A stretch of DNA of 50,890 nt from Chitinophagaceae bacterium. Lineage in GTDB: Bacteria; Bacteroidota; Bacteroidia; Chitinophagales; Chitinophagaceae. Below, piece by piece: positions 40,428 through 50,190 of this stretch. Position 1 is the first letter of the stretch, and the number at the start of each line of letters is the position of its first letter. The stretch covers positions 1-50,890 of the forward strand of contig CANGSR010000001.1 of NCBI GenBank assembly GCA_947456055.1, written 5' to 3'. The position numbers were made by a program, and so were the translations under genes. The notes beneath the pieces were generated by a model, which saw only the letters and a program-made list of their open reading frames with translations, was not told where the DNA came from and made no database searches.

Positions 40428-40976
40428 TTAAAATTCAGTAGTAGCTACCACTTCCCTGATAATAATATCGAGTTTCTCTACCATTTGCTTCATCATTCCT
40501 AATGTCTCGGTATGGTCGGTCTGGTTTTTAGACATATCGTGCTCCATAAGGCTGATAAGACCGATTAAATTGGCAACAGGAGCCCTAACGATGTGCGATT
40601 GCATTTGTGCTATATCCCGCAGCTTTCTATGCATAGATAAGTCTTTGAAATAAGCGGCGGAATAAACAATATCATTGTCTTCGAAAACATCAGCAGAGCC
40701 AGCCATTACCTCAATTATTTTACCATCTTTACGTAATATTTGCATCTGGGCATCATGATGATCTGTACTACTTGAAAATTCCTTAAAAATAGATATTACA
40801 TGATCGGCCTGGGATGGTGGATGTAAATGGGTAAAATGCTTGCCTATTATTTCGTCAAGCGGATAGCCTGATAATTTGCAGGCTGCTTCATTAGCATAAG
40901 CTAACCTGCCGGTTTCCACTTCTGCAATAAATACTGCGTCGTGGCTTGATTTAATCAGGCAGGATAAGATACTCAT
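40428..40976 (-). CDS. PAS domain protein with HisKA-like H-box and no HATPase domain
   Basis: PAS 'YANEAACKLSGY...EIIGK....LHPP...RKDG'; 'SHIVRAPVANLIGL'; likely start MSILS at 40976. Confidence 0.8.
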   Translation of the reverse strand: MSILSCLIKSSHDAVFIAEVETGRLAYANEAACKLSGYPLDEIIGKHFTHLHPPSQADHVISIFKEFSSSTDHHDAQMQILRKDGKIIEVMAGSADVFEDNDIVYSAAYFKDLSMHRKLRDIAQMQSHIVRAPVANLIGLISLMEHDMSKNQTDHTETLGMMKQMVEKLDIIIREVVATTEF

Positions 40977-41162
40977 GGATAGATGAGATTGGTGACTTAA
41001 AGCAAATACTAATGTGTAAATGACAAATTTAAAGAAAACCTTGGAGAATAGCAATATCTTAACGAAAAAATTTTAACCCCTCTTTAAAATATGACAGCAA
41101 ATAGAATGCTATTAAATATTTATAGAGGTAATTTTTTATGTTTTAATGTAAACTTATGCGAT

Positions 41163-41915
41163 TTAATTAATTTCAATAGTGCAACTATCTTTCACTACCC
41201 TTAAGCGTTTCATTATTAGCCCATCTGTTTTGCCCCCATTATGAATCTTTAGAGTGTGGATTTGTTTTACCTGCCAGGAACTGGATTTACCTGGTGGCAT
41301 TAATAAGCATTCACTACTATTCTCCAGTGTATCGCCTATTTTATAACGCTCATTATAGTTTTCATTGCCACAATCAATATAAGATTGGCTATTTGCAGCA
41401 AAGAGTATATTTTGATGTCCACCCTTAAAATTGAAGATGTTGTAAGATTCATTGCATTCGCCCATCCACATCATGCTTCTGGTGCAAACTATCTCCTTTA
41501 TGCCATCCTGATTCAGGTCTTTAATTTCATCTTTATTTATCAACCCTACCTGTGCCGACCAAATAAGTACCGGAGTATCGGCACAATTAAAAAGCATCAA
41601 TAAATTATTTGCTGAACCTGCGGACATGCCGGCATCAAACCCTAACCAAACAAGCCTACTCTTCCTTTTTGCATCGATAAAATAATCCTCGATTGAGAAA
41701 AACCGGGAAGTATCTACAGGGGTACTTAGGTTCCAGATATTGTCGTTTTTGTGGGCATTTATTGTGGATGTTGCGATGGGGATAATCTGGTCAATATCAG
41801 CCAGGTCTGCACAGGTGAGTTTTTCAGTTTCTGTTGATGCTTTGTTGACTTTCGGAAAATTGCAGGCTGATAGGGAGATGAGTGAAAATAAAAGGATGAG
41901 GTATAGAGAGCGCAT
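41163..41915 (-). CDS. Hypothetical lipoprotein
   Basis: Lipobox LSAC; 'DLNQDGIKEI' FG-GAP/EF-like loop. Confidence 0.7.
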   Translation of the reverse strand: MRSLYLILLFSLISLSACNFPKVNKASTETEKLTCADLADIDQIIPIATSTINAHKNDNIWNLSTPVDTSRFFSIEDYFIDAKRKSRLVWLGFDAGMSAGSANNLLMLFNCADTPVLIWSAQVGLINKDEIKDLNQDGIKEIVCTRSMMWMGECNESYNIFNFKGGHQNILFAANSQSYIDCGNENYNERYKIGDTLENSSECLLMPPGKSSSWQVKQIHTLKIHNGGKTDGLIMKRLRVVKDSCTIEIN

Positions 41916-42023
41916 GGAGGAGGGATAAACAGAAAAAAATAAGAGACTAATTTAACATCCACCCTTTTAGTTATAGGGTGGTAGATGTGTGATTAATAAT
42001 GCACTACCTGCTAACCTGGCCGT

Positions 42024-42090
42024 CACCACCCCAGTTTAAATGAACTGTTCCAGTTCATTTAAACATCCCCTCCTAAAAACAGGAGGGGAG
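42024..42090. repeat. Double-hairpin intergenic element
   Basis: GTTTAAATGAACTG-TTC-CAGTTCATTTAAAC then CCCCTCCT-AAAAAC-AGGAGGGG. Confidence 0.6.
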
Positions 42091-42160
42091 TTCTCTCATT
42101 TCTTAACAGCTATTAATTAACTACCTACAAATATAAATAATTTTATTTTCTAAAAAATCC

Positions 42161-43882
42161 TTACATCATACTTTCCAAAATAGGGGTAACATAGTCTGAT
42201 AATTCCTTTACATAAGCAGGTGAAAAGTCGAATTTAATTCCGGCTGTGCTGTATAATTCGCCAAGGGTTTTGGTATAACCCAGGCTTAATGCATTGGAGT
42301 AATTATCAAGAGCTTGCTGCTTATTGAGGCGGTATTGCCTCCACATAGCAAGAGCACCTAATTGGGCTATGCCGTATTCGATATAATAAAATGGCACTTC
42401 GAACAGGTGCAATTGTTTCTGCCATTGGTTGAGCCTGAATTCTTCAAAACCACTCCAATCGGTAATACCAGTTGAGAACTCATTGAGTATTTCCTGCCAT
42501 GACAGTTCACGCTCAGTAACACTATGGCCCGGGTGGGTATAGAGCCAATGCTGGTACTTATCAATAATCGCAATCCAGGGCAATACGCCAATAGCCCTTT
42601 CCAGCTCCTCAAGCCTTGCCCTGCCCAATTCTTTATCATCTGAGAAAAATACTTCCCAATGCTCCATAGAGAATAGCTCCATACTCATACTCGCCAATTC
42701 GGCTATCTCCATAGGGTATTCCTTGAATGCAGACAGCTTAAGGGAATGTGATAGGAATGAATGCACAGCATGACCACCTTCGTGCATCATGGTAATCACA
42801 TCACCCATAGTGCCGGCTGCATTCATAAAGATAAACGGTGCTCCGGTTTCGGCTAAGGGGCAGTTATAACCTCCGGGGGCTTTCCCTTTACGGCTTTCCA
42901 GGTCCATACGGTTCATATCCACCATAGTCTGTAGGCAACCACTAAAATAAGGGTTGAGCCTGCTGAAAACCTCTATAGCTTTATCGCTTAGTTCTTTGCC
43001 ACCTTTGAATGGATTTAGCGGTTCTGTGCCTACGGGTTCGGCATCACCATCCCATGGGCGCATTACATCCAATCCAAGGCGTTTTTGACGGTGTTTCACC
43101 ATCATTGCCTGTAATGGCAATATGTGCTCCTTAACTGCCTGATGGAATGCAAAGCAATCTTCTACCGTATAATCGAAACGACCCAACTCACGGAATTTAT
43201 AATCACGGTAGTTTTCAAAACCGGCATTTACTGCCACTTGCTGGCGCAGGGCCAACAGTTTATCAAACAATTCGTTTAGCTTATCTTTATCAGTAAGACG
43301 ACGAGCAGCAATTTTATTAAAAACAATTTCACGCAGGTTCCTATCGGGGCTATGCAGGAACTTTGCAGCCTGCTGCAGGGTATATTCTTTACCATCCACC
43401 TCCACTGACATAGCTCCGGATATTACCCCAAACTGCTGTGCCAATAGGTTAAGATCGGCCTGAAGGGCTACATTTTCTTCCCTATAGAGTTTAGCAGAAT
43501 TGTCAACACTACGGAGATAAGGGAAATAGATATTTTTATCCAGCTGCGATGTGAATTCGCAAGCAAGTAACTTTTTATTGAGTTCAAAACTGTAGGGCTT
43601 TATTTTTGGCTCTATCTCCATACAGAAATAGGTAAAAGCCTCTTCAATCTCTTTGTTGGTAGTATCGCAGGTCATGTGTATTTGCCTCCAGCATGCATCT
43701 TCGCTTATCACTGCTTCCAGTTCGCTAATGTCCTGTAGCCATTTTTCAAGGCTGACAAGGCTATCTATTGATCTATTTTTCAACTCTTCATACCATGGCA
43801 GGAGGGCTTCCCAATCGGTAACTTTAAAATCTGCAGGCAGGTATTGTCTTTCTTTTATCACTAATGGAACAAATGCGCTCAT
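42161..43882 (-). CDS. pepF: M3 family oligoendopeptidase F
   Basis: KGKAPGGY, HEGGHAVH zinc motif, EIAELASM.ME, H....PFYYIEY. Confidence 0.92.
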   Translation of the reverse strand: MSAFVPLVIKERQYLPADFKVTDWEALLPWYEELKNRSIDSLVSLEKWLQDISELEAVISEDACWRQIHMTCDTTNKEIEEAFTYFCMEIEPKIKPYSFELNKKLLACEFTSQLDKNIYFPYLRSVDNSAKLYREENVALQADLNLLAQQFGVISGAMSVEVDGKEYTLQQAAKFLHSPDRNLREIVFNKIAARRLTDKDKLNELFDKLLALRQQVAVNAGFENYRDYKFRELGRFDYTVEDCFAFHQAVKEHILPLQAMMVKHRQKRLGLDVMRPWDGDAEPVGTEPLNPFKGGKELSDKAIEVFSRLNPYFSGCLQTMVDMNRMDLESRKGKAPGGYNCPLAETGAPFIFMNAAGTMGDVITMMHEGGHAVHSFLSHSLKLSAFKEYPMEIAELASMSMELFSMEHWEVFFSDDKELGRARLEELERAIGVLPWIAIIDKYQHWLYTHPGHSVTERELSWQEILNEFSTGITDWSGFEEFRLNQWQKQLHLFEVPFYYIEYGIAQLGALAMWRQYRLNKQQALDNYSNALSLGYTKTLGELYSTAGIKFDFSPAYVKELSDYVTPILESMM

Positions 43883-44166
43883 ATATGTGTGTTTCGGGGT
43901 GCAAATTAAGACTTAGCTCTTAATTGGGCGGTGTAATTTTTTCCTAATTGTGATTGTGACCGGCAGGGATAATTAGATCCGGTAGCTTGTTTTTGATGCA
44001 CTCACTATACAAAATTAAAATTTTATTCAAACACATTAGATTATTACAACTTCCCAAAATATTGTTTTTCAATTGATTACAGCCTAATAAATAAAAATGA
44101 AAATTATATTTATAAAAATGATTGCCGAAAAACGGATTTGCATTTTTTTTCTTAGCTGCCTAATGT

Positions 44167-44242
44167 TACATTTGTACCAAGTTGTGAATTTAATGGGTTA
44201 GTAAGTGAGAGCTGCCGGATTCTTCCAGCGGCTCTTTTTTTT
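44167..44242 (+). ncRNA. Candidate small RNA (~60 nt) with its promoter and terminator
   Basis: TACATTTG (44167-44174), then ~30 nt, then GAGAGCTGCCGGA-TTCT-TCCAGCGGCTC-T-rich tail; no + strand gene to terminate. Confidence 0.45.
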
Positions 44243-44298
44243 GACTTTTTTGTATGGATTTGTGGTTGGATTTTCTATTCTGAGTTTTTCTCCTTTTG

Positions 44299-45284
44299 TT
44301 ATTTTGAATAGGAATAGGTGGCGTAAATCATTGGGTTGATGCCATGCATTGAGGTATACAAGAGATGACGGTTTGGAGTTATTAAAGACACAGGATACCA
44401 TTCATCATGATTTTTATGAAACATTAATCCCTGAATACCATAACCCCAGGTCAATCCTAATACCTGACCATTTATAAGGTGTCTTTGCATTATTTCTTCA
44501 GAACCAGCAACATAGTATTTTTGAAAATCCTTTTGGTAAACGGGTTCCTCACTATTGCCAAAATCCAGTACCCACTCCATTGATAGGAAAACCCCTCGAC
44601 CGAGTTTTATTTTTTTACTACTTAGGTCCACCTTTACCCAATCATTCCCAATTAACCCATTAGCAACAATATCGGTATCTGTAAGTTCCTTGCCCGGTAA
44701 GGGGATATTGAACTGCTTATCCAACTTGGAAGAAGTATCAATTCCATAAACATGAATCCTGAATTTGCTTGTAGGGGTGCCCTCATTAGTTAGATAAAAA
44801 AAGGCTTCATTAAGTATTCCATTTCTTTCAGGGTCAGACTCTAAGAAAATTGCAATTTCCTCCCCATAAGCCTGGTAGCAACTACCTATACATTTTAGCT
44901 TTTTCCTACCTAATATGTCATGTTTCACTTTGTGTTTCCTTGCTGACTTAACCACACTTCACCAAGATTATGGTGTATTTTTTTTAGCATTAGATAAATG
45001 GAATCCCGATGAAGTTTTGCAAGTACTACTTCTTTTCTTTCATAGCCATAGGAATAGAACTGCAAAACCTTTACCGAATCAATATTTACATTTATTTTGA
45101 AGTAACCATTCTTGTCACAATAATCACCATACAGGAGGTCTTTTACCTCTACTATAGCACGTGCTATGCCTACATTGTCTTCATCCACCACCTTGCCGTA
45201 GTACTTTTTGATATGGACTTTTGTTGAATCCTGTGCAAATATCCTAGCAGGGAACAACAATATTATCAGTAGCAGGTATTTCAT
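44299..45284 (-). pseudogene. Carboxypeptidase-regulatory-like domain protein split by a 1-nt frameshift (or sequencing error)
   Basis: ORF 45284-44925 (signal peptide plus CarboxypepD_reg-like, ...NLGEV) continues in ORF 44955-44299 (VVKSARK...). Adding one G to GAAGTG(G)TGGTTAAG restores 'LGEVVVKS'. Confidence 0.7.
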
Positions 45285-45598
45285 TGTTGTAATTTGGTCT
45301 GTGAAAAATAGTAATTATTTAAGAATGAAGGATAAAAATAATCTTTAGGCATAGTTGGGTATGGGAATTCTATTGGGCTTGGGGAAGATGAGTGCCGGAT
45401 GCAATCCGGATGATTTGGTAGACACGAGTGGCCCTGCGGTACACTCGCGCCAGTGTCAGTTGTCTAGGGGATAAAAAATCCCCTGCCATATGGGGCGTGA
45501 ATAAAAATCCCGACCACCACATTTTACTTGCCATCCTATACAAGTCATCAAATCGCCCCAAAAAACCATTACATCTTTTAAACTATCTTTGCCATCTT

Positions 45599-46687
45599 AT
45601 GACACAGGAAAACCTGAAAGAGATGCGCGACCGCATCCAGCACCTACACCGTTTTCTACGTATTGATGACCGCCTGGCTAAACTGGAAAGTGACCGCCAG
45701 CTTACCCTGTCCCCTGGGTTCTGGGATGATAATGTGCGGGCAACTGGCATACTCAAAGAGATAAAAATAGATAAATACTGGACTGAATTTTATAACCGGG
45801 TGACTACTGCCGTGGAGGATTTTGCCATCCTTTTCGACTTTTGGAAGGAAGGGGAAGCTAAGGAGGAGGAGGTGAAAGAATCTTATGACCAGGCTATAAA
45901 AGATATTGATGAGCTTGAATTTAAATCGACACTGAACGAACCCGAAGATGAAATGCCGGCAATGGTGGTCATCAACAGTGGTGCAGGTGGCACCGAAAGT
46001 CAGGACTGGGCTGAAATGCTACTGCGCATGTACCGCATGTATGGCGAAAAGCAGGGTTTTAAGGTGAGTGAAATTGATGTGCAGTATGGCGATGGTGCTG
46101 GTATAAAGCAGGCTACCCTGGAGTTTGATGGTGAATTTGCCTATGGACTACTAAAGGCTGAAAGCGGCGTGCATCGTTTAGTACGTATATCTCCTTTCGA
46201 CTCTAATGCCCGCAGGCACACCTCGTTTGCATCTGTTTTTGTTTACCCGCTTATTGACGATACCATTGATATACAGGTGAGTCCGGCTGATATTGAGTGG
46301 GCATTCTTCCGCAGTGGAGGCTCTGGTGGGCAGAACGTAAATAAGGTGGAAACAGCTGTGCGTATCAAGCACATTCCTTCAGGCATTATAGTAGAGTGTC
46401 AGCAAGCCAGGACCCAGGGTGAGAACCGTGAGAAGGCTATGACCATGCTGAAAAGCCGACTTTATGAGGAGGAACTTCGTAAACGCCAGGAAATACTCAA
46501 TGCTACCAATAGCTCTAAGAAAAAAATAGAATGGGGTTCCCAGATACGCAGTTATGTGTTCCACCCCTATAAGATGATTAAAGACCACCGTACCAATTAT
46601 GAGGTGGGCAATGTGCAGCCCGTGATGGATGGTGGACTGGATGAGTTTATCAAGGCCTACCTGATGAGCATAAAGGAAGAAGTATAA
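45599..46687 (+). CDS. prfB: Peptide chain release factor 2, uninterrupted (no +1 frameshift)
   Basis: [17 protein letters not shown] (SPF), [16 protein letters not shown]; start MTQENLKE at 45599 after TATCTTTG. Confidence 0.97.
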   Translation: MTQENLKEMRDRIQHLHRFLRIDDRLAKLESDRQLTLSPGFWDDNVRATGILKEIKIDKYWTEFYNRVTTAVEDFAILFDFWKEGEAKEEEVKESYDQAIKDIDELEFKSTLNEPEDEMPAMVVINSGAGGTESQDWAEMLLRMYRMYGEKQGFKVSEIDVQYGDGAGIKQATLEFDGEFAYGLLKAESGVHRLVRISPFDSNARRHTSFASVFVYPLIDDTIDIQVSPADIEWAFFRSGGSGGQNVNKVETAVRIKHIPSGIIVECQQARTQGENREKAMTMLKSRLYEEELRKRQEILNATNSSKKKIEWGSQIRSYVFHPYKMIKDHRTNYEVGNVQPVMDGGLDEFIKAYLMSIKEEV

Positions 46688-46700
46688 GACACGAAAAGGC

Positions 46701-47828
46701 ATGGAGCAATTACATATCCTAAGCATAGCACCCTACCGCATATTGCCACCCACATCGGGTGGGCATCTGGGTATTGCTTCCCTGCACGACTATCTGGGTA
46801 AGATTTGCGACGATAACCTATTGTCAACCCTTGATAATACACCCGACCCTAAATATGCTTTTAACCTTATACCCTATTTTACTGTTGGGGTGCAAAGGTA
46901 TATCCCCTATTTAGGGGTTAGCGGTCTAGTGAATGTAGCCCGCCAACATAAAATTGATGCCCTTTATTGCGACCACCCCTATATGGCACCAACAATAAAC
47001 GCTGTGGCAAAACGCCTGAAGGTGCCTTGGTACCTGAGGAGCCATAATATAGAGTCGGAACGGTTCAGGACATATGGTAAGAAATGGTGGCCCATTATGC
47101 GGCTGTTTGAAGGGGCTATGATGCGTAAGGCCAATGGGGTACTCCTCATTACACCCGAAGATATGGAGTGGGCTAAAAAACACTACCACCTGAAGAACGA
47201 AAAATGCCACCTTATTCCCTACGGCACTATTCTGGACAAAGCACCACAGGGCCATGCAGAAGCTAAAAAGAAGGTAGCAGCCCAACTGGGCCTGAGGGAT
47301 GATATACCATGGTTGTATTTTTTAGGGGCTATGGATTTTTACCCTAACGTGCAGGCGGTGGAGTTTATACTGAATGAGGTGATGCCGAGGCTCAACTTTC
47401 ACCGTATAGAATACCAGATATTGATAGCAGGCAAAGGACTGAATGAGCAACTGAAGGAACAAATAAGCAGGACACCGGGTATTGTTTATACCGGTTTCAT
47501 TCCCGACCTGAATGATTTTTTGCTTGCATGCGATGTGATGCTGAACCCGGTAATATTAGGGGGCGGTATTAAGACCAAGGCGGTAGAGGCCCTGGGTTAT
47601 AATAAAATAGTGATTAGCACCAAAAGTGGTGCGGCTGGGCTTGTACCATCAGCTTGTGGCAAGAACCTGTACATAATTGCAGATTATGATTGGGAAGATT
47701 ATACAAATGCGATAATTGAAGGCATGGGTGCTACCCCTGCAATTCCTGATGAGTTTTATGAGGTGTATTATTGGGGGAATATTGCAAAGAAGATTTGTGG
47801 CATAATCAAGAGGGAGATAGGAAAGTAA
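46701..47828 (+). CDS. Glycosyltransferase family 4
   Basis: PPTSGG, HNIES, FLGAMDFYPN, 'GGGIKTKAVEALG'. Confidence 0.88.
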   Translation: MEQLHILSIAPYRILPPTSGGHLGIASLHDYLGKICDDNLLSTLDNTPDPKYAFNLIPYFTVGVQRYIPYLGVSGLVNVARQHKIDALYCDHPYMAPTINAVAKRLKVPWYLRSHNIESERFRTYGKKWWPIMRLFEGAMMRKANGVLLITPEDMEWAKKHYHLKNEKCHLIPYGTILDKAPQGHAEAKKKVAAQLGLRDDIPWLYFLGAMDFYPNVQAVEFILNEVMPRLNFHRIEYQILIAGKGLNEQLKEQISRTPGIVYTGFIPDLNDFLLACDVMLNPVILGGGIKTKAVEALGYNKIVISTKSGAAGLVPSACGKNLYIIADYDWEDYTNAIIEGMGATPAIPDEFYEVYYWGNIAKKICGIIKREIGK

Positions 47829-48116
47829 TTTTTGTCAGAATCAGGATTAACGGATTATATGATTTTCAAGATTGTATCGTTTTACGCCTGTACGCCGTTT
47901 GCACAGTTTGTAGGCTCAGGGATGTTGCTTTGGCTTGGGGAAGATGAAGGCCTTCTGAGAAGGAGTTTCATTTGCGTTCCTGATGTCCCTATTGGAACAT
48001 CAGGGAACAACGAGAGGCAACGCACCAATTAATAAATGCCACAGGAATTCCACAAATGGTATAGATGGGAAATAAATTCCCCATCCACACCACAAGTCAC
48101 ATAATACTTTCCCTGC

Positions 48117-48479
48117 TTATATTCCTTGTGAAAGGTTGATTAGATTGACATTTGAGTTATCTGGGTCGAACTCAAAATAGGGCTTATTCTTTGAGAGCCA
48201 GGAACTTAGGTCTTCATGAAAAAGCTGCCCATCAAGGGTTGGAGCCAATATTAACACATCAAAAAGCATACCCTTAAAATCTTGTTCCAAAGCCATTTCG
48301 GCATCATTGAACAAAAGGTAATACATGATGAACCTCTTTTTGTTCATCTGGTCGAATGGGGAAATGGCTATACAAGTGATAGGTGTCCCATTGTTGTCTC
48401 CAAATGGCTGGCCTGCCAGATATTGGAAATCGGCGCAAATTTGCTTTGCTTCAATAAGTGAATACGGTGCTGTTTTCAA
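48117..48479 (-). CDS. Hypothetical protein (TTG start)
   Basis: 120 aa ORF of normal composition in an otherwise AT-rich gap; no recognisable motif. Confidence 0.55.
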   Translation of the reverse strand: MKTAPYSLIEAKQICADFQYLAGQPFGDNNGTPITCIAISPFDQMNKKRFIMYYLLFNDAEMALEQDFKGMLFDVLILAPTLDGQLFHEDLSSWLSKNKPYFEFDPDNSNVNLINLSQGI

Positions 48480-49027
48480 GATAATTAAAATTTAATTAGC
48501 AATATAATGATAATTAGCGCAGCAATTCAAAAATCGGGGGCACAATAACAATACGATAAAATGACAATAACAAAATATACAAATACCAATAACAGACTAA
48601 TAACTAACTATTTCTTAATAGAGGCTATAAATATTAAATACCGTTATGCTTTTATCTTCAATATCCCATTCATACCGCAAAAATTGCCTTCGCTACGTTA
48701 ATGAATTGTAAATGCAATAATCATACCAAATTCTCCTTTTCTATATAAAAACGGACCAAGCATCAAGATATTTCTTAGTCTAATACTTATAATTCCTAAT
48801 GAAAGAATAACACTGGCATTACATAGTGTTAATGCAGGAATAAAAAGAGCCCGACATAATAGGGCATAATGATAATTATCAGGAAATCCATTTCACATCA
48901 ATGGTATTTTCCCACAGAAGATTCGATTCATCACCAACATTTCAGAATTTGTAATTTTCTTAACGCATTAATACCGTTGCGTTGGATAATTTTGCAGTGA
49001 ACTGATAATTTTCAAGAATAATAAATT

Positions 49028-49876
49028 ATGAACATCAAACAAGGTCTTTATTTTGGAGTTGCAGCTATGGCAATGATTTCCTGTACTACGAGCAAGAAGC
49101 TGAAGGACAGTGAAAAGAAATATACCAGGCTGGATAGCATTAACTCAGTTGTGCGGTATGAATACGCCAAATGTAAAGAATCGCATGCTGCTGATAGCGC
49201 AAGAATCAAATCGCTTGAGGAGCAAATAGACCAATATAAGCATACCAGCACCCAAATGCAAACGCAATTGAAAGACCTGTCTTTCATAAGTGGCAGCCAG
49301 GCTGAAAGTATCAAGAAATCGATGGACAATATTGGCGTAAAAGACCAATATATCACAAGGCTTCAATCTGCATTGAATAAAAAAGACTCAATGAATATTG
49401 CCCTTATGGTAAATCTTAAGAGTGCAATAGGCAACCTGGATGATAAGGATGTAAATATTAAGGTAGATAAGGGTGTGGTATATGTAGACATTTCTGATAA
49501 ACTACTTTTCAAAAGTGGTAGCTACGAAGTAACAGACCATGCCAAGGAAGTATTAGGAAAGGTAGCAAAAGTGCTTATGAGTCAACCCGAAGTAGAATTT
49601 ATGGTGGAAGGACATACCGATGATGCAGCCTTTAAACGTAGCCCTCTTGAGGATAATTGGGATTTAAGTACTAAGCGTGCAACATCGGTAGTACGTATTT
49701 TACAAAACACCTACCATATGCCACCAGCTAAGATGACAGCCGCTGGCCGTGGTGAGTATGTACCTGTTGCTGATAATGAAACCAAAGAAGGCAAGGCTGC
49801 AAATCGCAGAACAAGAATTGTGATTTTACCACAGCTCGACCAGTTCTATAAGATTCTTGAAAAACCAACCAACTAA
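49028..49876 (+). CDS. OmpA/MotB-family peptidoglycan-binding lipoprotein with coiled coil
   Basis: Lipobox MISC; LLFKSGS, VEGHTD, NWDLS.KRA.SV, AAGRGEY.P, NRRTRI. Confidence 0.93.
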   Translation: MNIKQGLYFGVAAMAMISCTTSKKLKDSEKKYTRLDSINSVVRYEYAKCKESHAADSARIKSLEEQIDQYKHTSTQMQTQLKDLSFISGSQAESIKKSMDNIGVKDQYITRLQSALNKKDSMNIALMVNLKSAIGNLDDKDVNIKVDKGVVYVDISDKLLFKSGSYEVTDHAKEVLGKVAKVLMSQPEVEFMVEGHTDDAAFKRSPLEDNWDLSTKRATSVVRILQNTYHMPPAKMTAAGRGEYVPVADNETKEGKAANRRTRIVILPQLDQFYKILEKPTN

Positions 49877-49896
49877 TAATTACGCATAAAAGCACT

Positions 49897-49930
49897 AAAA
49901 AAGAGCCCCAATATTTTCGGGCTCTTTTTT
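49897..49930 (+). terminator. Intrinsic terminator
   Basis: AAAAAAGAGCCC-10nt-GGGCTCTTTTTT. Confidence 0.8.
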
Positions 49931-50190
49931 AATTTATCCTGGGAGTGAAATAGCCTTACATTAATTTTATAAATTTTTTCTTCATAAAATAATGCTTTGT
50001 TAATTATTTTATTATTTTTGAGGCCAATTAATACACAATAAAATAACCGTGGTTACCAGCATATAATTAATTAGTTGATTGTAAAGCCCATTCAGGATTA
50101 ATACCTTGCGGCTTTACCATTAGTGATAATCAATTATTTAGCATCGGTTTATAACGGGATTATTTTACTTTTACCAATTTATATTGATTT

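Noticed and set aside
45428-45598. 57-aa N-terminal extension of RF2 in the ORF track
   Set aside because: It crosses intergenic repeat sequence and the promoter; RF2 similarity begins at ATG 45599.
45376-47947. 16-bp direct repeat GGCTTGGGGAAGATGA flanking prfB and the GT4 gene as possible att sites
   Set aside because: One 16-mer match in 50 kb is near chance expectation, no integrase is present, and prfB is a core gene.
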